The notes: generated from the letters alone by a model not told the origin. DNA of 64,000 nt from an uncultured Acidobacteriota bacterium (GCA_963711505.1 CAVQEJ010000004.1:87442-151441); one strand, 5' to 3'; positions 1-12,015 are shown, numbered from the stretch's first letter. Numbers and translations: made by a program.

Positions 1-1123
1 GCACCACCTGCACGGCGGCGTCCCTGACCTCGGAGAGGAACCGGTCGATGGTGGAGCCGTGGCGGAGCAGCTCCCAGCGTGACCTGGCGCTCTGCCCGAA
101 GATGACATGGGTGATCCCTTCGCGCTGTGCGAAGGCGATGAGCCCTTCGGCCGCGCGGTCGGCGTGCACCCGGACGACCGTGGCCCCGAGGCTCTCGGCG
201 AGCACGATGTTCTGCGCCAGCGCGTCGCGAGCGGTGGCGCTGATGCGGGCCGGGCGTTCCACCGGCGTCTCGACGTACACCGCGTACCAGCGGGCCCCGA
301 GGCGGCCGGCAATCCGGGATCCGGTGCGGAGCACGCGCGGCGCGAGCGTATTCGAGCTCATCGCCACCATCACGCGCTCGGGGATGTAGGCCGGCTCGAG
401 TCCCTCGCGGGCGCGATAGGTCGCCGCCTTCTCGCTGACCTCGTCGGCCACGGCGCGCAGCGCCAGCTCGCGCAGCGTCGACAGGTTGCCCTTGCGGAAG
501 AAGTTCGTCAACGCCTGCTCGATCTTCTCGGGCTTGTACACCTTGCCTTCGCGCAGCCGGTTCCGGAGCTCCTCGACCGTCACGTCGACGTTCACGACCT
601 CGTCGGCGCGGTCCAGGAAGGTGTCCGGCACCGTCTCGCGCACACGGACGCCGGTGACGCGGGCGACGGCATCGTTCAGCGTCTCGAGGTGCTGGATGTT
701 CACGGCGGTCATCACGTGGATGCCGGCGTCCAGCAGCTCGAGGACGTCCTCGTAGCGCTTCATGTGACGGCTGCCCGGTGCATTCGTGTGGGCGAGCTCG
801 TCGACGACGACGACCTCCGGCCGGCGGGCGAGGATGGCGTCGAGATCCATCTCCTCGATCTCGACGTTCCGGTAGGAGACCACCCGCCGCGGGACGGCCT
901 CCAAATCGCCGACCTGGGCCTCGGTGTCGGTGCGGCCGTAGGTCTCGACGAACCCGACGACGACATCGAGTCCCGTCTGCCGGAGGGCGTGCGCCGCCTG
1001 CAGCATCGTGTACGTCTTGCCGACGCCGGGCGCGGCGCCGACGTAGATGCGCAGGCGTGCCCGCTCGCGGCTCTTCAGCCGCGCGAGGATCTGTTCCGCC
1101 GTGGGCTTGCCGTTCTCGGGCAT
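1..1123 (-). CDS. kdpD: KdpD N-terminal sensor domain plus USP domain protein (stand-alone half of split KdpD); runs off the window edge
   Basis: Manual translation MPENGKPTAEQ...RLRIYVGAAPGVGKTYTML...VVVVDELAHTNAPGSRH.KRYEDV.ELLDAGI.V.TAVNIQHLE, followed by a USP-like domain; lies directly after kdpC; absent from the ORF track because it is open at the edge. Confidence 0.93.
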   Translation of the reverse strand, partial: MPENGKPTAEQILARLKSRERARLRIYVGAAPGVGKTYTMLQAAHALRQTGLDVVVGFVETYGRTDTEAQVGDLEAVPRRVVSYRNVEIEEMDLDAILARRPEVVVVDELAHTNAPGSRHMKRYEDVLELLDAGIHVMTAVNIQHLETLNDAVARVTGVRVRETVPDTFLDRADEVVNVDVTVEELRNRLREGKVYKPEKIEQALTNFFRKGNLSTLRELALRAVADEVSEKAATYRAREGLEPAYIPERVMVAMSSNTLAPRVLRTGSRIAGRLGARWYAVYVETPVERPARISATARDALAQNIVLAESLGATVVRVHADRAAEGLIAFAQREGITHVIFGQSARSRWELLRHGSTIDRFLSEVRDAAVQVV

Positions 1124-1137
1124 CGTCGTCTGGTCCG

Positions 1138-1722
1138 CTACCGCTGCCCCGGAAACTGCGCGTCGAGCGCCAGGTTCAGCTCCAGCACGTTCACGCGCGG
1201 CTCGCCGAGGAACCCGAGGTCGCGCCCCTCGATGTGCGCCTCGACCAGCGCGCGCACGGCCGGCTCGCTCAGCCCTCGTGCCCGCGCCACGCGCGGCACC
1301 TGGAACAGCGCGGCGGCCGGGGAGAGGTCGGGATCGAGGCCCGAGGCCGACGAGGTGACCAGGTCGACGGGCACCGGCACACCGGGGTTGTCCCGGCGCG
1401 CGGCCGCCACCCGCGCCCGCACGGCGTCGATGAGCGTCTTGTTCGTCGGGCCGAGGTTCGTGCCGCCCGACGCCGTGGCATCATAGCCCGCCGGGCCCGC
1501 CGCCGACGGCCGCCCGTGGAAATAGATGGCCGCGCTGAACGGCTGGCCGAGCAGCCGCGATCCGATGACGTGACCGTCCCGCACGACGAGCGAGCCGTTC
1601 GCCTGCGCAGGGAAGAGGACCTGCGCCAGGCCGGTGACGACCAGCGGATACGCCAGTCCGAAGATCACGGTCGTCACGACGGTCATGAGCACGGCGACGG
1701 CGAGGTTGCGCATCAGATGCAT
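1138..1722 (-). CDS. kdpC: K+-transporting ATPase subunit C
   Basis: YPLVVTGLAQVLFPAQANGSL, YFHGRPSA, DLVTSSASGLDPD, GEPRVNVLELNLALD motifs. Confidence 0.97.
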   Translation of the reverse strand: MHLMRNLAVAVLMTVVTTVIFGLAYPLVVTGLAQVLFPAQANGSLVVRDGHVIGSRLLGQPFSAAIYFHGRPSAAGPAGYDATASGGTNLGPTNKTLIDAVRARVAAARRDNPGVPVPVDLVTSSASGLDPDLSPAAALFQVPRVARARGLSEPAVRALVEAHIEGRDLGFLGEPRVNVLELNLALDAQFPGQR

Positions 1723-1734
1723 GGGCTCTGGTCC

Positions 1735-3782
<2,048 letters not shown>

Positions 3783-3783
<1 letters not shown>

Positions 3784-5568
3784 CAGAAGACCTGACCTTT
3801 CAGCATCAGGAGGTGCTCGACGACCGGCCCGAGGCTCAGCGCCGGGAAGAACGTCAGCGCGCCGACGATGAGCACGACGCCGACGAGCAGGACGGTGAAC
3901 AGCGGCGTCGTCACCGGGAACGTGCCCGGCGAGGGCGGGACGCGCTTCTTGCGCCCGAGGCTGCCCGGCGATCGCGAGCATCGGCACGATCATCAGGAAC
4001 CGGCCGATCAGCATCGACACGCCGAGCGAGAGGTCGTACCAGGGCGTGTTCGCGTTCAGGCCGGCGAAGGCCGACCCGTTGTTGCCCGGCGCCCGACGAG
4101 AACGCGTAGAGGATCTCCGACAGGCCGTGCGGGCCGGCATTGTTGAGGCTCGACGTCCCGAACGGGAAGAGCGACGGAAATGGCCGCGAACGTCAGGATG
4201 ACCAGCGGAAAGATCAGGACGTACAGCATCGCCATCTTCACGTCGTAGCGCCTGGATCTTCTTGCCGAGATACTCGGGCGTCCGGCCCACCATGAGCCCG
4301 GCGATGAACACCGCCAGGATGATGAAGACGAGCACGCCGTACATGCCGGCGCCGACGCCGCCGAAGATCACCTCGCCCAGCATGATGTTCACGAGCGGCA
4401 CCAGGCCGCCGATCGGGCGTGTAGGAGTCGTGCATGCCGTTGACGGCGCCGCAGCTCGCGTCGGTGGTGACCGTGGCGAAGAGCGCGGAGTCGGCGATGC
4501 CGAACCGGACCTCCTTGCCCTCCATGTTGCCGCCCGGGCAGAGCGCCGTGACGTGCTGGTCGGCGCCGGCCGCGGTCAGCAGCGGATTCCCGCGCGCCTC
4601 GGCCCAGTACGCCGTCGTCACGCCGGCCAGGAACAGGAAGGCCATGGCCGCGAAGACCGCCCAGCCGTGCCGCCGCGAGCCGGTCATGTCGCCGAGCGTC
4701 CAGGTCAGCCCCGCCGCCGAGCGAGAAGATGGCCAGCATCTCGAGGTAATTGGTGAGCGGCGTCGGATTCTCGAACGGATGCGCGCTGTTGGCGTTGAAG
4801 AAGCCGCCGCCGTTGGTGCCGAGCTCCTTGATCGCCTCCTGCGAGGCGACCGGCCCCTGCGCGATGACCTGCGTCGTCACCTGCCGCGTCTGCGTGCCGC
4901 CACCCTGAGCCGTGGTGGTGACCGTCTGCGGGTCGAGCAGGGTGGCCGTGTCGTACGGGCGCAGGTTCTGGACGACGCCCTGCGAGACGAGGGCGAGGGC
5001 GAGCGCGAGGCAGATGGGCAGCAGCACCCAGAGCGCGCAGCGGACCAGGTCGACCCAGAAGTTGCCGAGGGCGTCCTTCTCCTTCTGCGCGATGCCGCGG
5101 ATGAAGGCGATCGCCAGCACGATGCCGACCGCGGCCGACACGAAGTTGTGGTAGGCGAGGCCGGCCATCTGCGTGAGATAGCTCATCGTCGTCTCGCCGC
5201 TGTACGCCTGCCAGTTCGTGTTCGTCGTGAACGACGCCGCCGTGTTGAACGCGAGCTCCGGCGGCACGCCGGGCAGGTGCTGGGGATTGCAGCGGCAGCC
5301 AGACCTGCAGCCGCTCGATCGCGTACAGCACCAGCATCGAGACGACGCTGAACAGGAGCATCGCCATCGCGTACTCCGTCCAGCGCATCTCGTGCGTCTC
5401 GTCGACGCCGGTGCAGCGGTAGATGAGCCGCTCGATCGGGCGCAGGAACGGGTCGAGCCACGTCCGCTCGCGGTTGAAGACGCGCGTCATGAACCGGCCG
5501 GTCACCGGTGTGATGAGCAGGATCAGGACGAAATAGAGCCCGATCTGCAGCCAGCCGTTGGGCGTCAT
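3783..5568 (-). CDS. kdpA: K+-transporting ATPase subunit A (frameshifted)
   Basis: [73 protein letters not shown]; TGATG junction with kdpB. Confidence 0.95.
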
Positions 5569-5569
5569 G

Positions 5570-5659
5570 TCAGAACTTCTCCGGTTTCAGCAGCGCGTAG
5601 ACGAGGTACGCGAGGAGCGCGATCGCAATCAACAGGCTGACGCCGGATTCCAGGGTCAT
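5570..5659 (-). CDS. kdpF: K+-transporting ATPase subunit F (29 aa)
   Basis: Manual translation MTLESGVSLLIAIALLAYLVYALLKPEKF*; canonical YLxYALLxPEKF end; immediately upstream of kdpA. Confidence 0.93.
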   Translation of the reverse strand: MTLESGVSLLIAIALLAYLVYALLKPEKF

Positions 5660-5667
5660 CGGTCACC

Positions 5668-5748
5668 TCACAGCCGGTCGCACGCAATGACGTACAGCCC
5701 CGCCACCACGAAGAACGCGATTCCAATCAGCGGCATCAACAGGTCCAT
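5668..5748 (-). CDS. Small hydrophobic kdp-associated peptide (26 aa)
   Basis: MDLLMPLIGIAFFVVAGLYVIACDRL*, preceded by AGGAGGAG RBS; sits between the porin and kdpF. Confidence 0.75.
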   Translation of the reverse strand: MDLLMPLIGIAFFVVAGLYVIACDRL

Positions 5749-5757
5749 CGACTCCTC

Positions 5758-7046
5758 CTACCACCCGCCGTGCTTGTTGCCGAACCACCAGACCATGCCG
5801 AGCGTGAGCGTGCTCTGCCCGGTCTTGCGCACGCCAGCCGCGCGGGCCAGGAAGAACGGCTGATTCGACCAGTCGCGCCGCCACTCGGCCGCACGAGGTA
5901 AGCCCGGCTGCGGAAGCCAGCTGACCGTGCCGGTCGCCTCGTGGAGGCGCTGGGCGACGCCGCTGAACAGGCCGTCGTCGTCGTTCATGTACGTCGTGCG
6001 CGCGCCCACGATGCACGTCGGGCCTGACGCGGTACTCCACGTAGGCGGCGCCGCCCGTCAGCGTGAGCGACGGCGCCACCGGCGAGCGGACGGTGTCGTA
6101 GTCGGCCTCGCCTGCCAGCGTGAGCTTCGGCGCGGCGTTCCAGGTGGCGTAGGTGTCGACGATGTGCGTGCGCGACTGGTCCGGGTTCGCCACCGGCGTC
6201 GTCGACAACCCGGGTTGCGTCGGCAGCGTCGGCAGTCCGGGATTGAGCAGCGGGACGAGATCGCGGCCTTCCTTGCCCGTCGTAGTAGTTCAGATTCCAG
6301 CTCACCGACTTCGCGGGCGTGATCGTGATGATGGCCGCCTGCGACTTGAACCCGTTGAAGTCCTCGGTCTGCTGGGCGCCGTTCACCAGCCAGTAGGTGA
6401 GGGTGAGCCGATCGTTCACCGGGTACGTCGTCCGGAACCCCATGTGGTAGAACGGCAGGAAATCGAACAAGTACGAGCGCGAGTAGTTGATCTGGTCCTT
6501 CGTGTAGTTGCCTTCGATGCCGAGCGCGCTGGCGAACTTGCCGAAGTCGACCTGCAGCCCGCTGCCGAGCGGGAGAACGTAGCTGCCGTAGGCCTGGAAC
6601 AGGGGGCGATACACCTGCGGGCGCGGTTCGTTGGCCGCGCTGCCCTGCACGGTGTCGGTGGCCTGGCCGTACATCAGATCCACGCGAAGGCCGGCGCGAT
6701 GTCCGTGCGCCGGATCCGGCGCGTGGTCGATGACGAGGCCGATCTGATTCAGGCTGAAGCTGTTGCTCGTGACGTCGTACGCCCGCAGCAGGTTCACCCG
6801 GCCGACCGGATCGTTCGCGTTGTACTCGTAGTACCCGTCGAGGTCGATGCCGAATGTCGTGCCCGCGAGAAACGCCGCGATCGCCGATGCGGCGGGGTGT
6901 TCGCATCCGGCGTCGGCTGCGGGGCGTCCTGTGCGCCGGGGACCTGCGCGGCGCGCCTGCGCGAGGGCACGCGATCACCGGCACCGGCTGCCAGAGCACC
7001 ACCGAGAAGCCCGGCCGCAATGCGGCGCGCATCTCGTGTCACGCAT
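5758..7046 (-). CDS. Outer-membrane beta-barrel porin (OmpL-like/BBP2 family), frameshifted; start approximate
   Basis: NLLRAYDVTSNSFSLNQ, QVDFGKFASALGIEGNYTKDQINYSRS..F..LPFYHMG, C-terminal TLGMVWWFGNKHGGW; first gene of the kdp unit. Confidence 0.8.
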
Positions 7047-7566
7047 GGCGGCCGACTGCCCTTTCACGCCGGCCTCCCGCGGATGACGTCCGCGAACGTC
7101 ACATGGATCCCGTTGGCAAGGCGCGGGCGAGCCGCTGTTCGGCCGTGGTCGGCCACAGCGGCGCCGGTGCCGGCCGCCGATGACGACCGTTACGCGTCAC
7201 CGTCACCCAGCAACGGGAGAAGAGTCGCCGGGCCTGTGGCAGACGCAGACGTGGACGGCGGCGCGACGCCTGCGCTGCGCGGCCAGCGCCCGGTAGCGTC
7301 GTGCACCGTGGTCGTCGCACCTCGGACTGGGCCGACAGCACTGGCGCGGCACGAGGACAATGACGTGTCCGCCGCGAGGTCTTCGCGACACGCAGGGCGG
7401 AGAGCGTGCCGTCCGACGTGGTCGCCGGCACAGAACGATCCGCCCGTCGGGGGCCGCAGACGCGTCCCGCCCGGCCACGTGCCGCGGCACGGCGCGCGCG
7501 AGACCTCGGCCAGGGCGATCGGGCGAGTGAGATGTGCGACAGTGGTTCCTGAACCCTCTCGAGTTC

Positions 7567-7611
7567 AGGATAGGGAGGCGGCGCCTAAGGGCGGACGAAG
7601 GCGTCCCTAAA
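7567..7611 (-). promoter_or_regulatory. Putative KdpE-activated promoter: three 11-bp-periodic (C/T)TT(A/C)G repeats plus -10 TATCCT
   Basis: Minus strand TTTAG-N6-CTTCG-N6-CTTAG-G-N11-TATCCT; same architecture as 11971-12015. Confidence 0.6.
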
Positions 7612-8326
7612 AAGATGTTGAAGACGCCGGTTCTTCGGCGACGAACCGGTAGCCGACCCAGGGTTCGCTGACGATGTAGCGGGGATGTGTCGGATCGGGC
7701 TCGATCTTGCGGCGCAACTGGCCGACCAGCACCCACAGGTGCTCCGGCTGGTTCACGGCGCCCGACCCCCAGATGGCCTTCAGGATGGCGCTCCGCGTGA
7801 GCACGCGGTCGGGATGGGTGGCGAAGAAGGCGAGCAGCTCGAACTCCTTGGGGGTCAGCCGGATCTCCTCGTCACCCCGCAGAACGCGGCGTCGGTCGAA
7901 ATCGATGGTCAGGTCGCCGCGGCGGATTTGTCCGGAGCCGGCAGCGGGCTCCTGATGGAGCCGCCGGATCGCGACGCGGATCCGCGCCAGGAGCTCCTCG
8001 GGGCTGAACGGCTTGGTGACGTAGTCGTCGGCGCCGTTGTCCAGCGCGAGCACCTTGTCGGCCTCCTGTCCGCGCGCCGAGAGCACGATCACGGCCGCCG
8101 CGGAGGTCGCGCGGATCCGCCGGCACAGCTCCGTGCCTTCGATATCCGGCAACCCGAGGTCCAGGATGACGATGTGCGGCGACTCGGAGGCGAGCGCCGC
8201 CAGGGCCTGCCCACCCGTCGCCGCCACCGTCACGTCGTAGCCACGCGAGCGGAGCAGCGGCCCGAGCGTCCGCTGCAGCGCGGGCTCATCGTCCACCACG
8301 AGGATGCGGGTGGATTCGGGTGTCAT
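7607..8326 (-). CDS. kdpE: OmpR-family response regulator KdpE
   Basis: RILVVDDEP..ILDLGLPD..ALDNGADDYVTKPF..LTPKEFELL..LRRKIEPDP.HPRYIVSEPWVGYRF; kdp context. Confidence 0.9.
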   Translation of the reverse strand: MTPESTRILVVDDEPALQRTLGPLLRSRGYDVTVAATGGQALAALASESPHIVILDLGLPDIEGTELCRRIRATSAAAVIVLSARGQEADKVLALDNGADDYVTKPFSPEELLARIRVAIRRLHQEPAAGSGQIRRGDLTIDFDRRRVLRGDEEIRLTPKEFELLAFFATHPDRVLTRSAILKAIWGSGAVNQPEHLWVLVGQLRRKIEPDPTHPRYIVSEPWVGYRFVAEEPASSTSF

Positions 8327-9843
8327 GACTCGAGTGGTGGCAGCGGCACGCGAGCGGCGGACGGCACCACCATGGTGAAACGCGCGCCGCCATCGGCGCA
8401 GTTCTCGGCCCAGATGCGGCCGCCTTCGACGGCCAGGATCCGCCTGGAAATCGCCAGGCCCAGTCCGGTGCCGGCCGCCCAGGCATGGGTGCCGCCGCCG
8501 CGGTAGAACTCCTTGAACAGGTGCGGCAGGTCGGCGGGCGAGATGCCGGGGCCGTGATCGCGCACCTCCAGCCGCAGTCCCTCGGCGTCGACCGATGCGC
8601 GGATCTCGATCGGCGCCTCCGCCGGTGAATAGGCCGCGGCGTTCTCGATCAGGTGGCCGAGTGCGGTGGCGGTCAGTTGCGGGTCGGTCTCGACGAGCAC
8701 GTTGACCGCGTCGATCCGCACGTCGCGGCCGCGCAGCAGCGGCTCGGCCTGGGCCCTCGCCGCCTCGATGATCTGTTCGGGCGCGACCCACTCCCGTGCC
8801 GCGTTCACCCCGCCGGCATCGAGTCGCGCCAGGTCGAGGATGTTCTGGAAGAGGTGTTGCAGCCGCCCGGTTTCGGCGACGACGATGCCGGCCTGCTCCT
8901 GCCGTTCGGCCTCCGAGATATGAGCGGACTGCAGATTGGCCGAGGCCACCCGGATCGCGGTGAGCGGCGTCCTGAGGTCGTGCGCGAGCGAGGCGAGGAG
9001 CGCCGACTTCAGATCGGCGGTGCGGCCCGACAGCTCGGCGGCCTTCCGCTCCTCGAGGAACTGCGTCCGCTCGATGGCGAGCGCCACGAGCCCCCCGATG
9101 GCATCGACCGTTCCCGGCTCGAGCTCCCGGCCGATGGCCGCCAGGATGCCGAGCGCCCGCGTGCCGAGGCGCAGCGGCACGAGCTGGCAGGGGCCCTCGG
9201 GCAGGTCGATGCGCCGGTGCCCGCCGTACGTCCGCTGGCGCGCATCGAACTCGAGCGTCCGCTCGGCGCTGGCAAACGTCTCGGTCAGCAGGGCCGGATC
9301 GATGGGAAACCTCGAACGTGGCGCCGCCGCAATCGTCCAGCCGTCGCCCTCCGGCAGGCAGATGGCGACCTCGTCCAGCCCGAAGCGGCGGGCGACGAAC
9401 GAGGCAATGGCGCTGCGGGCGTCCCCGGGCTCCCCGCTCTGGAGGACGTCGCGGCTCAGGTCGTACAGCCGCGCCAGCTCATCGCGGCGCGCGACGGCCT
9501 CGGAGGCACGGGCGCGCGCGGCCGACGACAGGGTGCCGGCCACGAGGCTGACGGTCAGGAAGGCGAACAACGCGACCCAGTTCTGCGGATCGGCCAGCCG
9601 GAAGGTGCCGACCGGCGGCAGGAAGCAGAAGTTCACGAGCAGCATCGCGACGACGGACGCCACGACGGCGACACGCCGCCGCGCCCGGGCCGCGAGCACG
9701 AGCACGACGAGCAGGTAGGCCAGCGCGACGGTGGTGCTGTTGGTGACGTGCAGCCACAGGGCCAGCGCGGCGGTCAGGATCGCCATGACCGCCAGGGCCA
9801 TCGCCATCTGGCGAACGTCGGTCGTCCAGCGACGCGGGTGCAT
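8323..9843 (-). CDS. kdpD: Membrane sensor histidine kinase (DUF4118-GAF-HisKA-HATPase), C-terminal half of split KdpD
   Basis: Four TM segments with NFCFLPPVGTF..ADPQNWVALFAFL, LAHDLRTPLT H-box, GTGLGLAI G-box; overlaps the kdpE start. Confidence 0.88.
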   Translation of the reverse strand: MHPRRWTTDVRQMAMALAVMAILTAALALWLHVTNSTTVALAYLLVVLVLAARARRRVAVVASVVAMLLVNFCFLPPVGTFRLADPQNWVALFAFLTVSLVAGTLSSAARARASEAVARRDELARLYDLSRDVLQSGEPGDARSAIASFVARRFGLDEVAICLPEGDGWTIAAAPRSRFPIDPALLTETFASAERTLEFDARQRTYGGHRRIDLPEGPCQLVPLRLGTRALGILAAIGRELEPGTVDAIGGLVALAIERTQFLEERKAAELSGRTADLKSALLASLAHDLRTPLTAIRVASANLQSAHISEAERQEQAGIVVAETGRLQHLFQNILDLARLDAGGVNAAREWVAPEQIIEAARAQAEPLLRGRDVRIDAVNVLVETDPQLTATALGHLIENAAAYSPAEAPIEIRASVDAEGLRLEVRDHGPGISPADLPHLFKEFYRGGGTHAWAAGTGLGLAISRRILAVEGGRIWAENCADGGARFTMVVPSAARVPLPPLES

Positions 9844-9881
9844 ACGAGCAGTCTATGCCGTTCCCGTTCCGGCGGGGTGTC

Positions 9882-11723
9882 CTACTGCAGGTGATAGGGC
9901 ACGCTGATCACCACGATGTTCGGCTGGAACAGCAGGGCGCCCTTGATGAGCAGCGCGCGCTGGTTGTGCAGCAGCGTCTGCCACCAGCGCCGCGGCACGA
10001 ATTCGGGCAGCAGCACCGTGAGGTAGGCGTCCGGATTGGCGGCCTGCAGCTGCTCGATGTATTCGAGCAGGGGCTCCATCAGCGACCGATAGGGCGACTC
10101 GAGGACCACCAGCTTCGCGCCCTCGCCCCAGCGCTGCCAGTCGCGCCGGATGCGGGCCGTCGTGGCCGGCTCCACGTCCACGTAGGCGGCGAGGACGTCA
10201 GGCGACAGCGAGCGGGCGTATTCCAGCGCCCGGACGACCGCCCGCTGGATGCCGCTGACCGGCACGACGACGATGTTCCGGCGCGCGGGACCGGGCGTGA
10301 ACCGATCGAGGCTGAGCTGTCGCCCGACCGCGTCGTAATGGGCGCGCGTCAGGCGGAACACGATCACCAGGCAGGGGATCAGCACGAGGACGATCCAGGC
10401 GCCTTCCGCCGCCTTGGTGGCCGCCACGATGATCAGGACGACGCCGGTGAGCAGCGCGCCCGCGCCGTTGATGATCAGGCTCGTCCGCCAGCCCGGCGTC
10501 CGCAGCCGCCACCAGTGCACCACCATGCCGGCCTGCGACAGCGTGAACGACACGAAGACGCCGATCATGTAGAGCGGAATCAGCGCGTGGGTGTCGCCGC
10601 CGAAGGCGACCAGCAGGACCACCGCGAAGCTGCTCAGCACCAGAATGCCGTTCGAGAAGGCGAGCCGGTCGCCCTGGTTCATGAACTGGCGGGGCAGGAA
10701 GCCGTCGGCCGAGACCACCGACGCCAGCCGCGGGAAGTCGGCGTAGGCCGTGTTCGCCGCCAGGACGAGGATCAGCATCGTCGCCACCTGCACGGCGTAG
10801 TAGCCGGCGTTGCGGCCGCCGAGCGCCGCACGGGCGATCTGCGAGACGACCGTCTCCGAGTCCGACGGCACGATGTGGTAGGCGTGCGCGAGCAGGGTGA
10901 TCCCCATGAACATCGTGATCGAGAGGACCACCATGGTGGCGAGCGTCGCCGCGGCGTTCTTCGGCGCCGGATCCCTGAATGCGGGGACGCCGTTCGACAC
11001 GGCTTCGATGCCGGTCATGGCGGTGCAGCCGTTGGAGAACGCCGTCAGGATGGCGAACACGCCGAGCGCCTGCACGGTGCCGGCCGCCGCGGCCGGCGTC
11101 GGCGGCGGGACGGGAACCAGCGTGCCGGTGAGGTACCGGACGGCGCCGATGCCGATGAGCGCCAGCATGCTGCCGATGAAGAAATAGGTCGGGCCGGCGA
11201 ACAGGCGTCCCGATTCGCGGATGCCGCGGAGGTTGCCGATGGTCAGCAGGGCCACGCACACCAGGCTGATCGTCACCCGGTCGGCGTGCAGGGCGGGGAC
11301 CGCGGAGGTCAGGGCGGCGATCCCGGCGGCAATGCTCACCGCCACCGTCATCGTGTAGTCGATGAGGAGTGCCGCCGCGGCGACGAGTCCGGCCGTCCGC
11401 CCCAGGTTCTCCCGCGCGACGATGTAGGCGCCGCCGCCGCTCGGATAGGCATGGATCGTCTGACGGTACGAGAAGACGACCATCGCCAGCAGGAGCGAGA
11501 TCGAGAGGGCAATCGGCGTGGCGAAGGCCAGCGACGCGACGCCGCCGGCAATCAGGACCCGGAGGATCTCCTCGGTGGCATACGCCACCGACGAGAGCGG
11601 GTCCGAGGACAGGACGGCCAGCCCGGTGACCTTCGAAAACCGCTCGTGATGGGCGAGATGGCTGGGGATCGGACGCCCGATGAGCAGGCGCTTGACTTGC
11701 GAGAGCAGGCGCTCCGACGGCAC
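9882..11723 (-). CDS. APC-superfamily KimA/YdaO-like potassium transporter
   Basis: RLLIGRP...LAVLSSDPLSSVAYATEEIL, YPSGGGAYIV, GIEAVSNGVP, LESPYRS, LHNQRA motifs; GGAGG RBS before GTG at 11723; riboswitch upstream. Confidence 0.88.
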   Translation of the reverse strand: MPSERLLSQVKRLLIGRPIPSHLAHHERFSKVTGLAVLSSDPLSSVAYATEEILRVLIAGGVASLAFATPIALSISLLLAMVVFSYRQTIHAYPSGGGAYIVARENLGRTAGLVAAAALLIDYTMTVAVSIAAGIAALTSAVPALHADRVTISLVCVALLTIGNLRGIRESGRLFAGPTYFFIGSMLALIGIGAVRYLTGTLVPVPPPTPAAAAGTVQALGVFAILTAFSNGCTAMTGIEAVSNGVPAFRDPAPKNAAATLATMVVLSITMFMGITLLAHAYHIVPSDSETVVSQIARAALGGRNAGYYAVQVATMLILVLAANTAYADFPRLASVVSADGFLPRQFMNQGDRLAFSNGILVLSSFAVVLLVAFGGDTHALIPLYMIGVFVSFTLSQAGMVVHWWRLRTPGWRTSLIINGAGALLTGVVLIIVAATKAAEGAWIVLVLIPCLVIVFRLTRAHYDAVGRQLSLDRFTPGPARRNIVVVPVSGIQRAVVRALEYARSLSPDVLAAYVDVEPATTARIRRDWQRWGEGAKLVVLESPYRSLMEPLLEYIEQLQAANPDAYLTVLLPEFVPRRWWQTLLHNQRALLIKGALLFQPNIVVISVPYHLQ

Positions 11724-11736
11724 GTGGTCCTCCAAG

Positions 11737-11888
11737 GGCCGACGAGGTTAGCTGGCGGGCTCGGGGTTGGAAGTCCCCTACGCGGCCCGCGTCCGAAGAC
11801 GAGCGGTGCCGCGATTCGCCCCAGGAAGGTCTGGCCTTCCAGCGGGTCCCCCGTACCGGCCGGTGCGATGCCCGGCCGATTTTGGCCG
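11737..11888 (-). ncRNA. c-di-AMP riboswitch (ydaO/yuaA class)
   Basis: Minus strand GGCCAAAATCGGCCGG..CCGGCCGGTACGGGGGACCC..TGGGGCGAATC..GTAGGGGACTTCCAACCCCGAGCCCGCCAGCTAACCTCGTCGGCC matches the conserved blocks of the ydaO aptamer; upstream of a KimA/YdaO homologue. Confidence 0.9.
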
Positions 11889-11970
11889 AAGTCGTTCTCG
11901 TTGATGGCGCGTGCGCGCCGAAGCCGCGGAACCACGGTTCAGCGTCAGCCAGCGCACCCGTCTACTCCCG

Positions 11971-12015
11971 AGCATAACCAGGGAAGTCCTAAAGAGACAC
12001 TAAGGGCGGGCTGAA
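11971..12015 (-). promoter_or_regulatory. Putative KdpE-activated promoter for riboswitch-kimA-kdpD-kdpE
   Basis: Minus strand TTCAG-N6-CTTAG-N6-TTTAG-G-N11-TATGCT. Confidence 0.6.
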
